64,000 nucleotides of DNA from a virus. A program made the position numbers and the translations under genes. Positions 63,713 to 64,000 of this stretch are shown in pieces. Location: IMG/VR virus record IMGVR_UViG_3300036832_001149, positions 1 to 64,000 of that record. One strand, written 5' to 3'. Numbering within the stretch: the stretch's first letter is position 1; each line of letters starts with the position of its first letter. The notes beneath the pieces are model-generated. The model made no database searches. It was not told the origin of the DNA and saw only the letters and a list, made by a program, of their open reading frames with translations.

Positions 63713-64000
63713 ATGAAGCGAGTCAACAAGCTCAGCAACATGGCGATCGACGAGGTATCCCTGGTCGATTCGGACGCCAATGGCTACGCCGAGATGCTTA
63801 TCGCAAAACGGGACACGACGGAGGAGCAGATGCCCGAAAACGAAGATGAACTGACCTTCTCCGAGGACGATCTCGTCTACGACGACGCGGGGAACGCCTA
63901 CCTGCCGATCCAGGTCGGTGACGACGGTGGTGGGGACGGTGAGGGGCCGGAGTACTACGTCGAGGACGACGACGACGATGCCGAGGCCGAGGACACGTCC
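63713..64000 (+). CDS. Probable scaffold protein with protease-type N-terminal strand (runs off the window)
   Basis: MKRVNKLSNMAIDEVSLVDSDANGYAEMLIAKR followed by a very acidic sequence. Confidence 0.7.
   Translation, partial: MKRVNKLSNMAIDEVSLVDSDANGYAEMLIAKRDTTEEQMPENEDELTFSEDDLVYDDAGNAYLPIQVGDDGGGDGEGPEYYVEDDDDDAEAEDTS

Noticed and set aside
1-64000. Prophage boundaries, integrase or att sites
   Set aside because: No integrase, repressor cassette or host housekeeping genes seen; lifestyle cannot be determined from this window.

Overview
The window is most of a high-GC tailed actinobacteriophage genome (WhiB-like, Lsr2-like and DUF6131 genes point to an Actinomycetota host), read in circularly permuted order. 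Order: tape measure C-terminus and minor tail genes (+, 1-6.4 kb); about 45 mostly small minus-strand early/accessory genes with an AAA+ ATPase and an isolated endolysin (6.4-25.4 kb); a strongly structured ~400-nt non-coding element at the strand switch; a replication module (DnaB, primase, SSB, DnaE, HNH, Cas4-like nuclease, RuvC, WhiB; 26-37 kb); terminase small and large subunits separated by six fibre-like genes; an antisense cassette (HNH, two candidate ncRNAs, 59-aa ORF) between terL and portal; and an expanded head module (portal, 1111-aa protein, MuF-ParB fusion, XkdF-like protease, second fibre cassette, cationic glycine-zipper proteins, start of scaffold). No integrase, CRISPR array, rRNA or canonical tRNA is visible. 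Best candidates for undescribed biology: (1) a prohead protease apparently split over two genes ~10 kb apart, with head-module polyproteins punctuated by [VILF]-x-K sites between cationic hydrophobic modules; (2) an antisense sRNA cassette whose loops are complementary to the phage's own GGAGAAC/GGAGACC ribosome-binding motifs and which contains a tRNA-like minihelix; (3) the structured RNA upstream of the helicase. All assignments come from motifs recognised by eye; no searches were run.
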